Part shown: piece by piece, positions 52,101-64,000 of the stretch
Layout: each line of letters opens with the position of its first letter
Numbering within the stretch: position 1 is the first letter of the stretch
Assembly: GCA_038496445.1 (NCBI GenBank)
Contig: JALMLS010000322.1
Span: 620,001-684,000, forward strand
Origin: Trichosphaerium sp. ATCC 40318
Taxonomy: Eukaryota > Protista > Tubulinea
Direction of reading: 5' to 3'
DNA: 64,000 bases
Notes under the pieces: generated by a model
Told to the model about the DNA's origin: nothing
Databases searched by the model: none
What the model saw: only the letters and a program-made list of their open reading frames with translations
Translations under genes and position numbers: made by a program

Positions 52101-55100
52101 GAATCAACAAGAAACGAGATAACTGATTTAACCAACAAACTGACAAAGGTACGTTGTAACTCACAATCTTTGATTTTTTCCATTGTTAGTTGTTGTTTCG
52201 TTTTGTATTTCATTGAACGTGACTCTGACATACTTATGTGTTTTGTTATAGGCTACTGAGGGCGAGAAGTCAGTTAGAGATACCTTGAAGAAGATTAAAC
52301 CTGATTACATACGAGTAAAAGAAGAAGCTCAACGACTTGTTGAAGAGTTAGCTGAGCAACTTCAAGTTAAAGAAAGTCTTGAGAGTAAGATGGATTATGA
52401 AGTAAGCCAGCGTAAAAGAGAGGTAAGAAAGATAACTAAGAATTGAAGGAAACTCGATTGTAATAACTCTGAAATAGGTGTTACAGTTCAAAGGAGAGGT
52501 TGAGAAGCTCTCTGTTGCGAATAAGAAGCTTGAAAAGCAGATATCCGATATGCAAGAACATAAAAAGGAGATTCAAGAAAAAGAGGCTGAGAGGCAACTT
52601 GAACAATCAAAGATTCAAGGAACGACAAAAGAACTTGAAGCAGAACTTGTCCGCGCAAAGGGGCAGTTGGTTCTCAAAGAGGAACTCGGTACGTCATTAG
52701 AAAAACACGTGATTTTTTGGATTTACTTTGGTTTTTGATATGAGTTGTTTATGTTGTCTTTCGTACTAATCCTGTGAAAAGAATCAAAGTTGCTTGGTCT
52801 TAAATCTGAGTTGGAGAAACAATTGGGACTTGCAGATGAAGATCTAAAGGCTGCAACATCTCAGAACGAGTCTTTGAATGATAAGTTAGCAGAGCTCGAA
52901 AAACAAGTCAGAGGACATGTTTTTGACATGAAACTACTTGTACGTACATACATACCAGACAGTTTATTCTCTTTATTGCGTTTATCTCGTTTTCGGTTGA
53001 TTACTAACAGAAGTTATTGATTTAGCAACAAGAGAAGGAAAATTTCGAGAATGAAGCGAATAACTTGAAAGAAAAACTCACTCATATGGAGAGTCTTTTG
53101 CAGTCTGAAACAGAAGAATCAGAAAGATCTGGATTACTTCAAGAAGAGCTTACTAGTAGAGAAGAAGAGTTATCAACTCTAAAACACCAAGTGAATGACC
53201 TCAAGACAGAAGTATGCATAGTTTTCTTTTATTTTCTTTTGTGAGTTGTCACTCGTACACTCCTATGTGTTTAGTCTGTAAATCATCATTTATTTACTCC
53301 AAGAGTACCTTGTGCTTTTTACTTATGACGTGTGGTAGCAACTAAAACTTCAAAACCAACTTGAAGAGAACGAAGCTGAAAAGCAAGTCATCTTAGAGCG
53401 AATAGAAAGAGAACGCGAAAAAGAGTCTGGCGAAGCTGAAGAAGCTAAGAAAAAGTTTGAAACAGCGTTGGAAGAAGCACGTGTAAGTAATAAGAACCAG
53501 AGTATTATTGTTCTCTGTGATTAAGAGCTCTAGGCTGAGCTTGACGAACTGGGTGATGAAAAAGAGCAAATTGTCTTGGAACTTGAGCATGTTGAAGAGC
53601 AATTTATTGAGGAGCAGTTAAAATTAGAAGAAGCAAATAAACGCATTGCAGGTAAGTCTAGAAACCGCCAAATGGCTTGGTTTGTTGTAAACGGAAGGAA
53701 AGCAAACAGTTGAACTGATTTTGAACTTAGAGCTTGAGTCTAAGTTCAGCGATTCTGCAGAGAAGGAAGAAGAATGGTCAGAGAAGCTTGAAGAAGTTAC
53801 CACAGCTCATGAACAAGATAAGGAACTTCTTGCTTCGTCCCAAGCTAGGTAATGAAAAACTTCTACTTTTAATCTTTTCCCACTTCTTTCTCGATAAAAT
53901 ATCACGTGCTAAATACTTTGTAATAGGATAAAAGATTTAGAAAAAAACGTTGATGACTTACATAACAATAACGAAGACTTGAAAAACAAACTTAACGGTG
54001 CTGTTGAGGCATTCGTCAACATGCAAACAAAGTACAAAAAACAACTTTTTAAAAAAAACCACTAAACAACTTTGTTTAGGATGACTGAAGAAATGATGAA
54101 TCTTGAGATTCAGCTAAGGAAACGTATGAGATTCTCTAAGTATTGTGTTATCTAAATTATTATTTGTAGAGAGGCAAGGTAACAATAGAAGAGGTAGAGT
54201 AAGAGGAAGACGAGGAACAAGCAATATTGTCAAACCAATAGCTGGTGGCAGTGCAGGAGCTAGAGTACGCTTGATGGTTGTTTGATTTTGTTTAATGATC
54301 TTTCTAGAGAGGAGCTAATAGATCGAGAAGAAGGTCTGTTGCTAAGAGACGTGAAGCTAGGAAAGAAGAAAAGGAAGAAGATGACGATGGATTCTGGTCA
54401 TTCTTTAAGTTTAAGGTATGTTGTTAAATACTCGCTTAAACTATCTTCACGCTCTAACGTTTTGCCAAACAGTCAACAACAGAAGAAGCTCCAAAAGCAC
54501 AGGTACCCAAATTTTAGTATGCAAGGTAATCTAAACTATTTTGTTGAAGATGTTTCCTTCACACGATGAGCTTTCAAAAGATAATACAAAGGAAGGTGCT
54601 TTGTCCCAACAACAAGGCGTCTTTAGGTAAGAAATCAAGTTTTTATACCATTACTTCTCTTTTGCAAGTCTTAAACTACATCACGCCTTTTGTTCTACAA
54701 ACGATGCACGTGTTACAACTTGGTTCTCGAAACTCGAGTTTGCCTATTTTTTTTCTTAGTTTTTTCTTACTACGAAGAGACTTCAAGCTTTCACTGTTTT
54801 ATTTTGTTCTTACTTTTTATGTTTTAGCAAACAATGGAAAGACAAGTGGTTTGTCTTGAAAGGCCAATCACTTTATTATTTTAACTCAAAGACGGTACGC
54901 ACTACTGACGGGAGAAAACCTAAAAAATTTGTACGTTTTGGTCTTTTTTCTTCTTTTTGGCCTTTTTTTTTGGTTTGCTGGCTTTGAACAAACACATCAC
55001 CGTCCTCATGTGCATATGAGATATTGGTGTACATGGGTAGAGATGATGAAAACTAGGGGTCGTCTTTCAAGTGAACAAGAGTTGACATTTTCTTTTTTTT

Positions 55101-55398
55101 AGTCCGATGTTGCAGATGGAGCTATAAAAGTTTCAGCTTGTAGTATTGCTGTTAAGCAACATGAGGATCCTGAAGCTGTCCGTAAACATAAATGGGTATT
55201 TACACTTATGCATGATACTCGTAAACCTACAGTTCTTTGTGCAAATAGCCTTGAGGAGATGGGTGCTTGGATTTCAGTAAGTTTTACAAAACATTGTTTA
55301 GCTTTTCCTCGAAATTAATTTGTTGGTAGGCAATTGGTGAATCAGCACAATTGATGACACAATCAACAGAGTCTGAAGATTCTAAAGCCGAAGAATGA
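49156..55398 (+). CDS. Kinesin-1-type heavy chain with long coiled coil, IAK-like motif and C-terminal PH domain
   Basis: VVCRFRP, YGQTGAGKT, SSRSH, DLAGSE, HVPYRESKLT, LGGNSKT; stalk; IVKPIAGG; PH domain KEGALSQQQGVFSKQWKDKWFVLKGQSLYYF...EEMGAWISAI. Confidence 0.92.
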
Positions 55399-55831
55399 AA
55401 AAACTATATTCGTTTTCTGAAGCACAATGTAAAGAAATTAAAAACAAATCCAGAAAAAAAAACAAACGAGCTGAAAGTTATTTGTGAGAACCAAAATCTT
55501 TAATGCAAGTTTCTGTCTCATAAAGGGCGCCTAGTGATTACCACTTTCGGCATACTCTCCACGCCAGAAAAATAGCGAAACCAACAAATATGCTGGCAAA
55601 CCTCAAACTGTTCATGCGTCGGTAGCCATAGAATTTACTTGATACCTTCTGCATAGAATAACGGAAATAAAGGGTACTGAAAAAGATGTTTTAACGAAAC
55701 GTTTTTTTCCTCTTCCGGCTGTAAATAGCGTAAATCTTGGTAATTTAAGAGTGTAAAGCTTCTACTAGGACCTTTCTTGCGTAGGGTGACTGATTGTAGA
55801 GTTAGAGGTTTTTTGGTTAAACAATAACCAA

Positions 55832-58800
55832 ATGGCTTTCATATATCGAACAACATCCTCTGGTACTGTTACATGAAACGTTTCTAACGTTTGTTTAAAC
55901 TTGGAAAATAACACACAAAACAATCACGTGGACTTCTTCCAAGTTTGTTAACGGAATTTTCATCCACTATGGTCATGGAAGCTTTACGAAGAACAGTAGC
56001 TCTTATATTGAGAATGGTAAAGATAATAGATCAAGATTTTTTTTTTACGTTTAAATCCCTATTCATATCTCAATTTAATATTAGATATCGTTTACATCTG
56101 CAGCACCAGTGATAACAATATTTCTGACAATGATATTAAAGTTGAACATAAACTTCTTCTTCTTAGTGCATAACGCCAGTATTGGTAAAAGTACTGAATC
56201 GCCTAATAACTGGGCACATTATCGTGGTACAACAAACAGAAAACTCAAGCCAACAGTTTTTTTTTCCCTCGGACCCATCGAATTGAGCGAACGCCGGGTT
56301 CTTGTGCGCCTGAGCGATTCCTTTGTCTGGTGCCCGAAACGCTTGCTTGTTTGTCTGTAATTTATTCGAACTTTTTCCTAAGCCTATCCATTTGGACTTT
56401 AAAAACTGTTTTGTTATCTCCTCTAAAAGGAGGACTTGGGCGGTTTATAAAAATATCAAAGTTTATAAACACTCGCTGTCGTAGTGAGGTGGAACCTTAT
56501 ACGACAATATCGAACTTTAAAACACTAAATCAGAAACTTGATCGTCGAAACAGTTTGTGATCAAAATCGAAAAGTAGAACCACTACAAAACAATACTAAA
56601 AATATCAAATTGACTATTCCTTATCTATTTTTTTTAGACATGACAGAGCATTTCTTATGGTTTTTGCTTACTGTTATACCAACCGTTACACTTTTGGAGG
56701 CATTGTTAAAACCTTGGTTAGCTATTATTACTTCAGGTAATGTGCGATTTGGGTTTGTTCAATTACTCACTTTCGTAATACCTAGGTAACTCGTTTGTTG
56801 AGACAGTACTTCTAAAGATTGAGTTTAACATATTTTACTCATCGTGGACCCCACGTGCGTTTTATAAAAATAACTATTTCTCGTGTGTTTTTACACCAAT
56901 TTTGTTTCAGTGATACTATCGGTGGGTGCCATTGCAATGGGACTAGTTATGGTAGCTGGAACAATCATTGCAGTGCCTAAACTAGTAGAGGGCACTATTG
57001 TTATTATGGAACTGCTTTTGTTATATTCCTGACCACACTTACAAGAGAAGAAACCTTGCCACTTCATACCTAAAGAAAAAGAGAAACCTTCCAAAACCAA
57101 CTATAGAGCCAAAACAGAAGTTAGCAAATGATAAAAGTCTGAAAATGGGTACGCTATTGCTCCTATTATAGACTTACCTCGATGATCTAGCATTAAAGAA
57201 AGCTATCGCTGAAACTGTACCTACTCAACTATTTTGTATGCACTGTATGATTTTAGGCTTATCAAGTACGCTTCTTTTAAATTGTTGTTTATTGGCTTGT
57301 TAATGACTTACGTCGCTCTCATTTTAAGTACTTTGGCCACTTGTGACTGGTGTTTATGGTATGTTGATACAGCAGATTTACTATTAACGTAATGATTTAT
57401 GATTTATTGATGGTTTTTGTTTAAGGTGTTATACACGTGATAGCATGGTCCATTTCTTACACTAGTTTTGTTTACTTTTTTTATTTTTTTGTGATTGTTG
57501 TTATGGATTTTTCATATATGACGCTTACACCCTTGATAAAGAGGACGCATACTAATATAAAGAGAATTTGCTGGATTTGTATAGCATTATCATTCGTTGC
57601 TATATTTGGATTCATTCCAATGAATTTCATAAGTACGTGAGAGACTTGTGTGAAGTGTTGTTTACAAAAAAAAAAGTTTTCATTTTGGGTGCCATATCTT
57701 ATCTCCTCTGTCTTTCTTTATGGGAGCGTAATTCAAAACACAATGAAGACGAGAATGCAAAAACTCATAAATGGTTGGTGATATTACTCATACTGTTCAT
57801 AAGTGCTGTACAAACTGTTTTTGTTATCGAAGCTTTCATCAGTTTTTTTAACTTTACTCCTCTCTAGGTTGTTTTGACTTTAAGTCTTGGCATAGCTCTA
57901 CAAGAAAAACATGGAAGATATGACAAACTGTGTGATAGTGAATCGTTTTATAAGAGTTACAAGCCATCAACTAAGAATAATAAGGTTGGCGCAACTCAAT
58001 GCTTCAAATTTCACTTTTAACTTTTTGATATCAGGCCGCCCAATCATCTGGTGGGTATCAAATATGCAAACAAACCTGGCATGGAATGAACGTGATTGAT
58101 ATAGGGATTTTAGCTGATATAGTACTTTGGATTGAACGTGTAGTGTTGTTTTAACTTATTTTTAGTGTTATGAACGTGAAGCATGCTTTAAAAAACTTCT
58201 TCAAAAAACTTTAAAATCTAGTAATGGAAGGTAAGATAGTAATACAAATAAAGAACTAATCATAAAAACTAGTGAGAATGATTGGGAGGTACATGCGACA
58301 GAAGCATTAAACGTACATTTCTATGACTTCTACTCAAAGGTTCTTGATTCTTTTTTTTACAAAGTTGCTGTATCCTAATTTCTTCAAAGTCAAGAGGACT
58401 TTCTGTAATAGCTATTCGTGGTACATCACATAGGCTATTGGATTGTCTTCAAGGTAACATCGTATTTGTATTATTTCCATCTGACAGTGACATCTAGACG
58501 CTGATATTTACATTGAATCTACTGTGTTCCAATTTTTCTCGTCTTTTATTCCAATGCTCAACTGGATTCCAACAGGCCTTGGTACACACGCTGTGTTCTG
58601 TAGACTCTATCACTTAACCCTATATTCCTAGTGGCCTCTGTTTTGAAAATATCTGCACTCCCTGAAGCTCTTACAAGAAATATTGTAAAACAATATTACA
58701 AACCAGTTGTTGGATACATTGACAAGATTAAAGATGATCGGTAAGTAGTACCAACGTTATCTTTTAGTTCATATTTTGTAGGCATGTGATACTCACTGGT

Positions 58801-59233
58801 CACAGTCTTGGTGGAGCTATTGCAAAGATTGCAGGCGCAAAAAGAAATAAAACAGCAATAGCGTTTTCATCACCTGGTCTTGTGCTTTCAAGACGAAAAC
58901 TAGGCATTCGTCTTCAAGTATGTCAATTTATATCCCAATGTAATAAGTTATTTTAACATTTTCAATATAACAGGGCATATACGAGAATGTTATTAATATC
59001 ATACCTGACAGGTACGTTGATTGATCTTGTTTTAAGTACTGCAGCACGACTTAAAATAATGTAATTTGATTAGAGATATTGTGCCTCAAATTGATATTCC
59101 TGGTGGCTTTATCCAACGTGTTATGTGCTTTGAGCCAAACCCACTTGATTGCCATAGTATAAGAACAACTCTGTGTGAAATCAGGAGACTATGCGGAGAC
59201 TTTGATCATACTCTTGTATGTCCTAAGCAATAA
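55832..59233 (+). CDS. Multi-pass membrane class 3 lipase (5' end uncertain)
   Basis: Several hydrophobic TM exons, then IAIRGT, LTGHSLGGAIAK, AFSSPG, DIVPQID, DCHSI. Confidence 0.85.
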
Positions 59234-59886
59234 ACCTTAGTATCTTTTAACATAAAACATCACCCGAGTTTGAAGACTTAGGCTTGTAACACCATCCATT
59301 GGTGTCTCTCCCCAGGCCATTCATTATAAATGTATAAATAAACAGCTTCATGAGTCTAGCACCAAGATACAGAGCGCAAACTTTATGGCATGTGATGGGT
59401 TAGAAATGTTTACTGTCGGAGACTAGCAATAATGGTTTGGTTGGGCGTATTCCTGGCAGTGGTATTGCTCCGGAGACTCTTTGTCAAAAGACCAGTGACT
59501 TAGCAGTTGAACTTAATTATCAAACCTTTTAGGTATCGACACAGGCTCTACAATATTACGGAGAGAAGCACAACATCACTTTCAACAAAATTTTGGTGTT
59601 CATACTCTTGACCTAAAAGTTGTTTTGGTGTTACAAATAACGGTGTAAAAGGATTAACAAATGTTAGTACTCTCATACTTGGTGGTTCAGTCACAAAATT
59701 TTTTCTTGCTAAGCTCCAAAATAGTGGCTTCCATGTGTCATTAATAAAAAACTCTGTGATTGTGTTTAAAATATGTAGCAATTAAGAAAAGCATTTGGTG
59801 GTTCAGTAACAAGCCAAAATTTCTATCTTGGGCTAGTTGGAATTGTTTTCAGCACTAAAATCACTTTGAACTGATTTGCTTTTTAG

Positions 59887-60706
59887 TCACATTACAATAC
59901 ATCTATGCTGTTTGCGTTTTACTTGAGGTTGAAGTCTCCTAAGTCTGCAAATTTCTCTAGCAAGTTCATAAAACTGTTCATCAACATTGACACGTGTTTT
60001 AGCAGATGCTTCAAAAAATAAACATCCATTCTTTTGTGCAAGTTCCTTTGCTTCTTTTGTGGTTACTTGTCTGTCTTCTTCCAAGTCTACTTTATTTCCC
60101 ACAAGTGCAATTGGAACTTTTTCTGTATCAATGCGCCTACAAACAAGTACTTAGTCCTTGAGAATGCCCAAGTTGATCATGAATAAGTGACTATTGTTGT
60201 TACCTATAAATAGGGTCAAAGAAGTTGGGCAATTCTTCAAATGATTGTCTGTCTGTTGTGCTATACATCAAAATAATGCCATTACCAAGGTACTACAAAA
60301 TGTTGTTAGATTTCCAGCCTCTTAAATGTTATTTACTTACAAGGTTATTAAGAAAAGTAGAGACCGATTCTTGATGTACAATATCAAAAATTTCAACAAA
60401 GGCATTTTCGTCATCTATGGTGACTTTCTTATAATACCTTAGTGCGTGAGTTGTTTTAAAGTCTTTTCAGAATATTAATTACATTAGCAGTTAAAAAAAA
60501 AGCTCCGCGCATGCACGTACACATCTTCTATGGTGGGGTCGTATTCTTCTATAAATATATTTTGAACAAATTGTATAATTGTTGTTGATTTTCCAACTCC
60601 TGGAGGGCCAAATACAACTAGCCTGTAATCATTTCTTCCGGACTAGTGGTATTTTTTAATTTTATCTGTTTTACAGCCTCGTATTTTTGCGTACAACAAG
60701 CTCCAT
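59887..60706 (-). CDS. Atypical Ras-family GTPase
   Basis: [16 protein letters not shown]3 read as DIVHQE, NKVD, EASAK, CAAX CIVM. Confidence 0.93.
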
Positions 60707-61191
60707 GTGAAATTTTACAACGCCTCTTTGGGTTATTATTATGGGTTCAATGAAATCTATGTTAAGAAAGGTACAACACAATGGCTACATTGTTTTTGTT
60801 ATCACTTATAATACACTATCACAACGTAGTTGACAATAATATTCTTTCGACCTCTGCAAGATGTAGTACTACAACATCAATACACAAGTTTCATAAATCT
60901 ACCATAGCTATCAGAACAAATCTTGCTTCAAACAACCAAATCGCTAGTTGCTATAATTCGTGATATCAGATACCACACAAGGGTTTTTCTTTTAAACAAA
61001 TGTGGTTTACTCAATTTACCTTTAGAAACTACAGCACATGTTCTTCAACAAATAGAATTTCGACTGAATGCTATTGCCTTATTCATCGTTAGTAAGCACT
61101 TTAGTTTTTTGTTAAACGTCACTTGTACGTGGCATTTTTCTGCGTCACGTGGGACTTAAGCCAAAGAGGTTCATTTTATTATACTACTATT

Positions 61192-62453
61192 ATGACCACA
61201 GAACAGAAAGACGCTGTAGAAGTCAGTTTAACGTCTGTTATTATTGGATCAAAGCTAAAAACGTTTGAGAACGCTAAACTAGTTGCTGATGACTCTGGTT
61301 TATGTGTTACGCTTGATGGTAGTGATTTGATCAAGAAAGTACCATGGAAAACGATTACAGCGCTAAACTTATCATATCGTCCAATGAGAACGCATGAAAT
61401 GATTGTTGAAGCTAATTGCAAATGGTAAGGAGGAATAATAACCGTTTCTGCCCAAAAACTATCAAAACCGCTCAAAATTAAGTTCAATCTAGGTTATACA
61501 AGAAGAAATACGTAACGACGCCATTTTTTATAATTAAATACGGGGCTGACGGCATTGGTACGTATTTCCGCTTAAAATAGCTTATATTAACGCACAATAG
61601 CTCCATTGGAGAGGATAGTATTAAAACACAAGCTGGGAAAGAAAGTAAGACTTGGGATTCCTCACAGATTGGTTGAGAAACCTTTTTCGTACATTTACAA
61701 TAAACAGTTACGTTTTTTTTTGCCCCCTTTAATGTCAAATCTGACGTTTCAAAAACTAGGTTACGTGCCGCTTGGGGTTTGGGTTTAAGAATAATGAGTT
61801 ATATACTGATGGTGTTCTTTATTTTTGTTATAACAAAGAGCTATATTCTATGCCCTACACCACCGAAGGTTCGTAAGATTTTTATCTTTGACTTGTTAAA
61901 AAATGTTTACATTAACCGCTTCATCAAGGTGTGTCCAGGAGAAGAAATACCAGAACCTTGCGTCTCAACGCTAGAACAAACATACTCTTACTTTGAGAAT
62001 TTGTTTAAGACAACATTTCGGTTTTTCTGGGTGCTTGTAGAACCTTTCTATGACTATGCTTTTGAGAATTACCCAACGTTATCTTATATCGCACTTGCTG
62101 TAATGTCGGTTCCATTAATGCCGATACTACTTCCTTACTGGATGTCTTTTGTACTATTTTTTGCTTGTGTTTATGCATCACAGTATGTAGTTCACGGACT
62201 TGTTCTATATCACGTGCGTACTAACTTACCCACTAAAAAGAAGGAAACTTCGTGCTGTCCTTTTGTATACTGACTTCTTTTTCATTAGATGTGGTATCAA
62301 ATCGGTCAAGTATTGTATATGTTTAGAGATGCACGTAATATGCTTCGCATGGTACTTGATTCAACACAGATTCTTTATTCAGGTGGAGCAAGAATCGCAA
62401 AAGATTTAAGAAATAAGAAGGCTGCTAAACATAAAAAAGAAAAGAAGCAATAA
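61192..62453 (+). CDS. Hypothetical membrane protein, possible ER-retrieval tail
   Basis: ATG 61192, multi-exon, hydrophobic segments in 61790-62210, C-terminus ...KHKKEKKQ* (KxKxx). Confidence 0.55.
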
Positions 62454-62517
62454 AATTGCAACATGTTTTTTGTAAGTGCAAAATTTTTATTCAACTATTT
62501 ACAATATTCCTTTCTGT

Positions 62518-63805
62518 TTAACCCATGCCGCAAAAATTGCAGGGTGCTCGTACCCAAACTTCTTCATCAAGGAACAACTTTATTGATTTATCTATTCCAA
62601 ACTCCCTGTGGTTTAATGTTTCAGGATCAATATCAACACAAGTAACCCAACGACCCTAAAGATAAATGTGAGAAAATTTGAAGAAAAAAGGAACTGGCAG
62701 GTATCTTCTCTTTCGTAATCTACCTTCTGAATAATCTCTATACAAGATCCTTTTGCTAGTTTATCAATAGAAGGTGGAATAAGTGATTTCAAGATGTGTT
62801 CAAGGTCATCTGTGAACTTTAAATGAACACGTTGTTCGAAATCCATTCCACTACTGCTCTTTCGGTGACCTCAAGTGAATGTTTTATAATACTCTATTTT
62901 TAAACACTCAGTTAATACTTCAACACAAGAGGACGTATAAAAACAATAGCACGTGCAGTATTAATATTAAGTCTCGGCAACCGGTCAGCAATGAGTAAGT
63001 CTGTAGTTTTATGTTTAACCAATACCCTTTGCCTAACATGGTCTATTAATGGCGCCTATTCTAATCTCTAGCTATCGTTCTAACCCCATTAATATTTTGT
63101 AATTGTATCCATCCATTTCATGGTACATAGTAAGCTCAACGTTTAACAACTCGTCATTGAAGAGAACCAATATGTCTGAAACAACAACCTTCAAATGAAA
63201 CGTTACTCAGAGTACATTGATTGACTCTACAACGTACACACTGTCTCATAAATCCTTCTTTAACATGCTCCCATGTTTGATAGAACATATCATCATGAGC
63301 GTTTCGTTCAGAAATAGTATCAATGTCGAAAAGTTTCTTGAACTTTTGGTGCATCTCAAAGCTGTAAATTGAAATGTTCACTTTCTTTGAATTGGACAAA
63401 GCGCAGTTAACCTTCAACAAAATCTATTAATATAGGCCTAAACAACTATATTATAATATCTTACATCGTACCAAGACTTGTAATACGACTTAAACGCATC
63501 AGAAACGTAAAACGAGTTTTTTATCTTTTTTTTCCAAAAATAATCGCTTGTACGTATTCTATTCTTGATTATATACGACGTCATACCTTTGTACATTAAC
63601 GAAAAAACATTTCGAACGTTTTTACTTGAAACAATTACAGGACGGTTAAATCTTATCGCATTCGCTTAAACTACGTACCTAATACGCCTACAGATACAAT
63701 AGACGCTTCAAGGAGTATATGCTCGAATAATTCATTAGGAAGCTTTGCAAACACGCCACCATCACCGCGAGTTGGTTGTTTTCTATGACTAGCTCTGTTT
63801 CCCAT
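62518..63805 (-). CDS. F-box protein with N-myristoylation motif
   Basis: MGNRASH... then FAKLPNELFEHILLEASIVSVGVL; multi-exon; ends ...PCNFCGMG*. Confidence 0.7.
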
Positions 63806-64000
63806 TTTGCATTAGTAGATATGACACTTATTGATTTCAACAAGGTTCAAACTTAAACTCCTCGAGCCGTCTGTCCACTCAATGCCTTCTGATAATACCA
63901 CTTTTGTCCTCAACAGTGTCACGTGTAATGACAAATCATGTACTGTAATACATTATTGTTATGCTAACCTACATGCTGTTTATCTAAAATATGCATGTGT

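Overview
AT-rich, gene-dense eukaryotic genomic DNA with many short (about 45-60 nt) GT-AG introns, so the ORF track only shows exon fragments. I spliced the gene models below by eye, and several ends are approximate. The gene content points to an amoebozoan or similar free-living protist (inference): Dictyostelium-type CTDC repeats, a class C GPCR, a Zn2Cys6 factor and expanded Ras genes. About 27 genes or gene fragments are recognisable: class C GPCR (partial), Golgi Qb-SNARE, two F-box/LRR genes, a vWA+CTDC surface protein, a polysaccharide-lyase-like protein, two small secreted Cys-rich proteins, a FAX/metaxin-like GST, an SDR, serine dehydratase, a secreted paralog pair, a bacterial-like membrane protein, an RCC1-repeat protein, a P450, a Zn2Cys6 factor, a small Zn-finger protein, an M28 aminopeptidase, a class I cNMP phosphodiesterase, two atypical Ras proteins, kinesin-1 with a PH domain, a class 3 lipase and a myristoylated F-box protein. 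No rRNA, tRNA, CRISPR or transposase was recognised. Main leads: (1) an intronless F-box/LRR gene whose 63-nt repeats vary almost only at predicted binding-face positions, lying with a decayed paralog between two ~200-280 bp direct repeats; (2) roughly tenfold excess of CACGTG, typically inside the longer introns next to poly(A)/poly(T) tracts; (3) unusual domain fusions; (4) DNA-level duplication of gene fragments.
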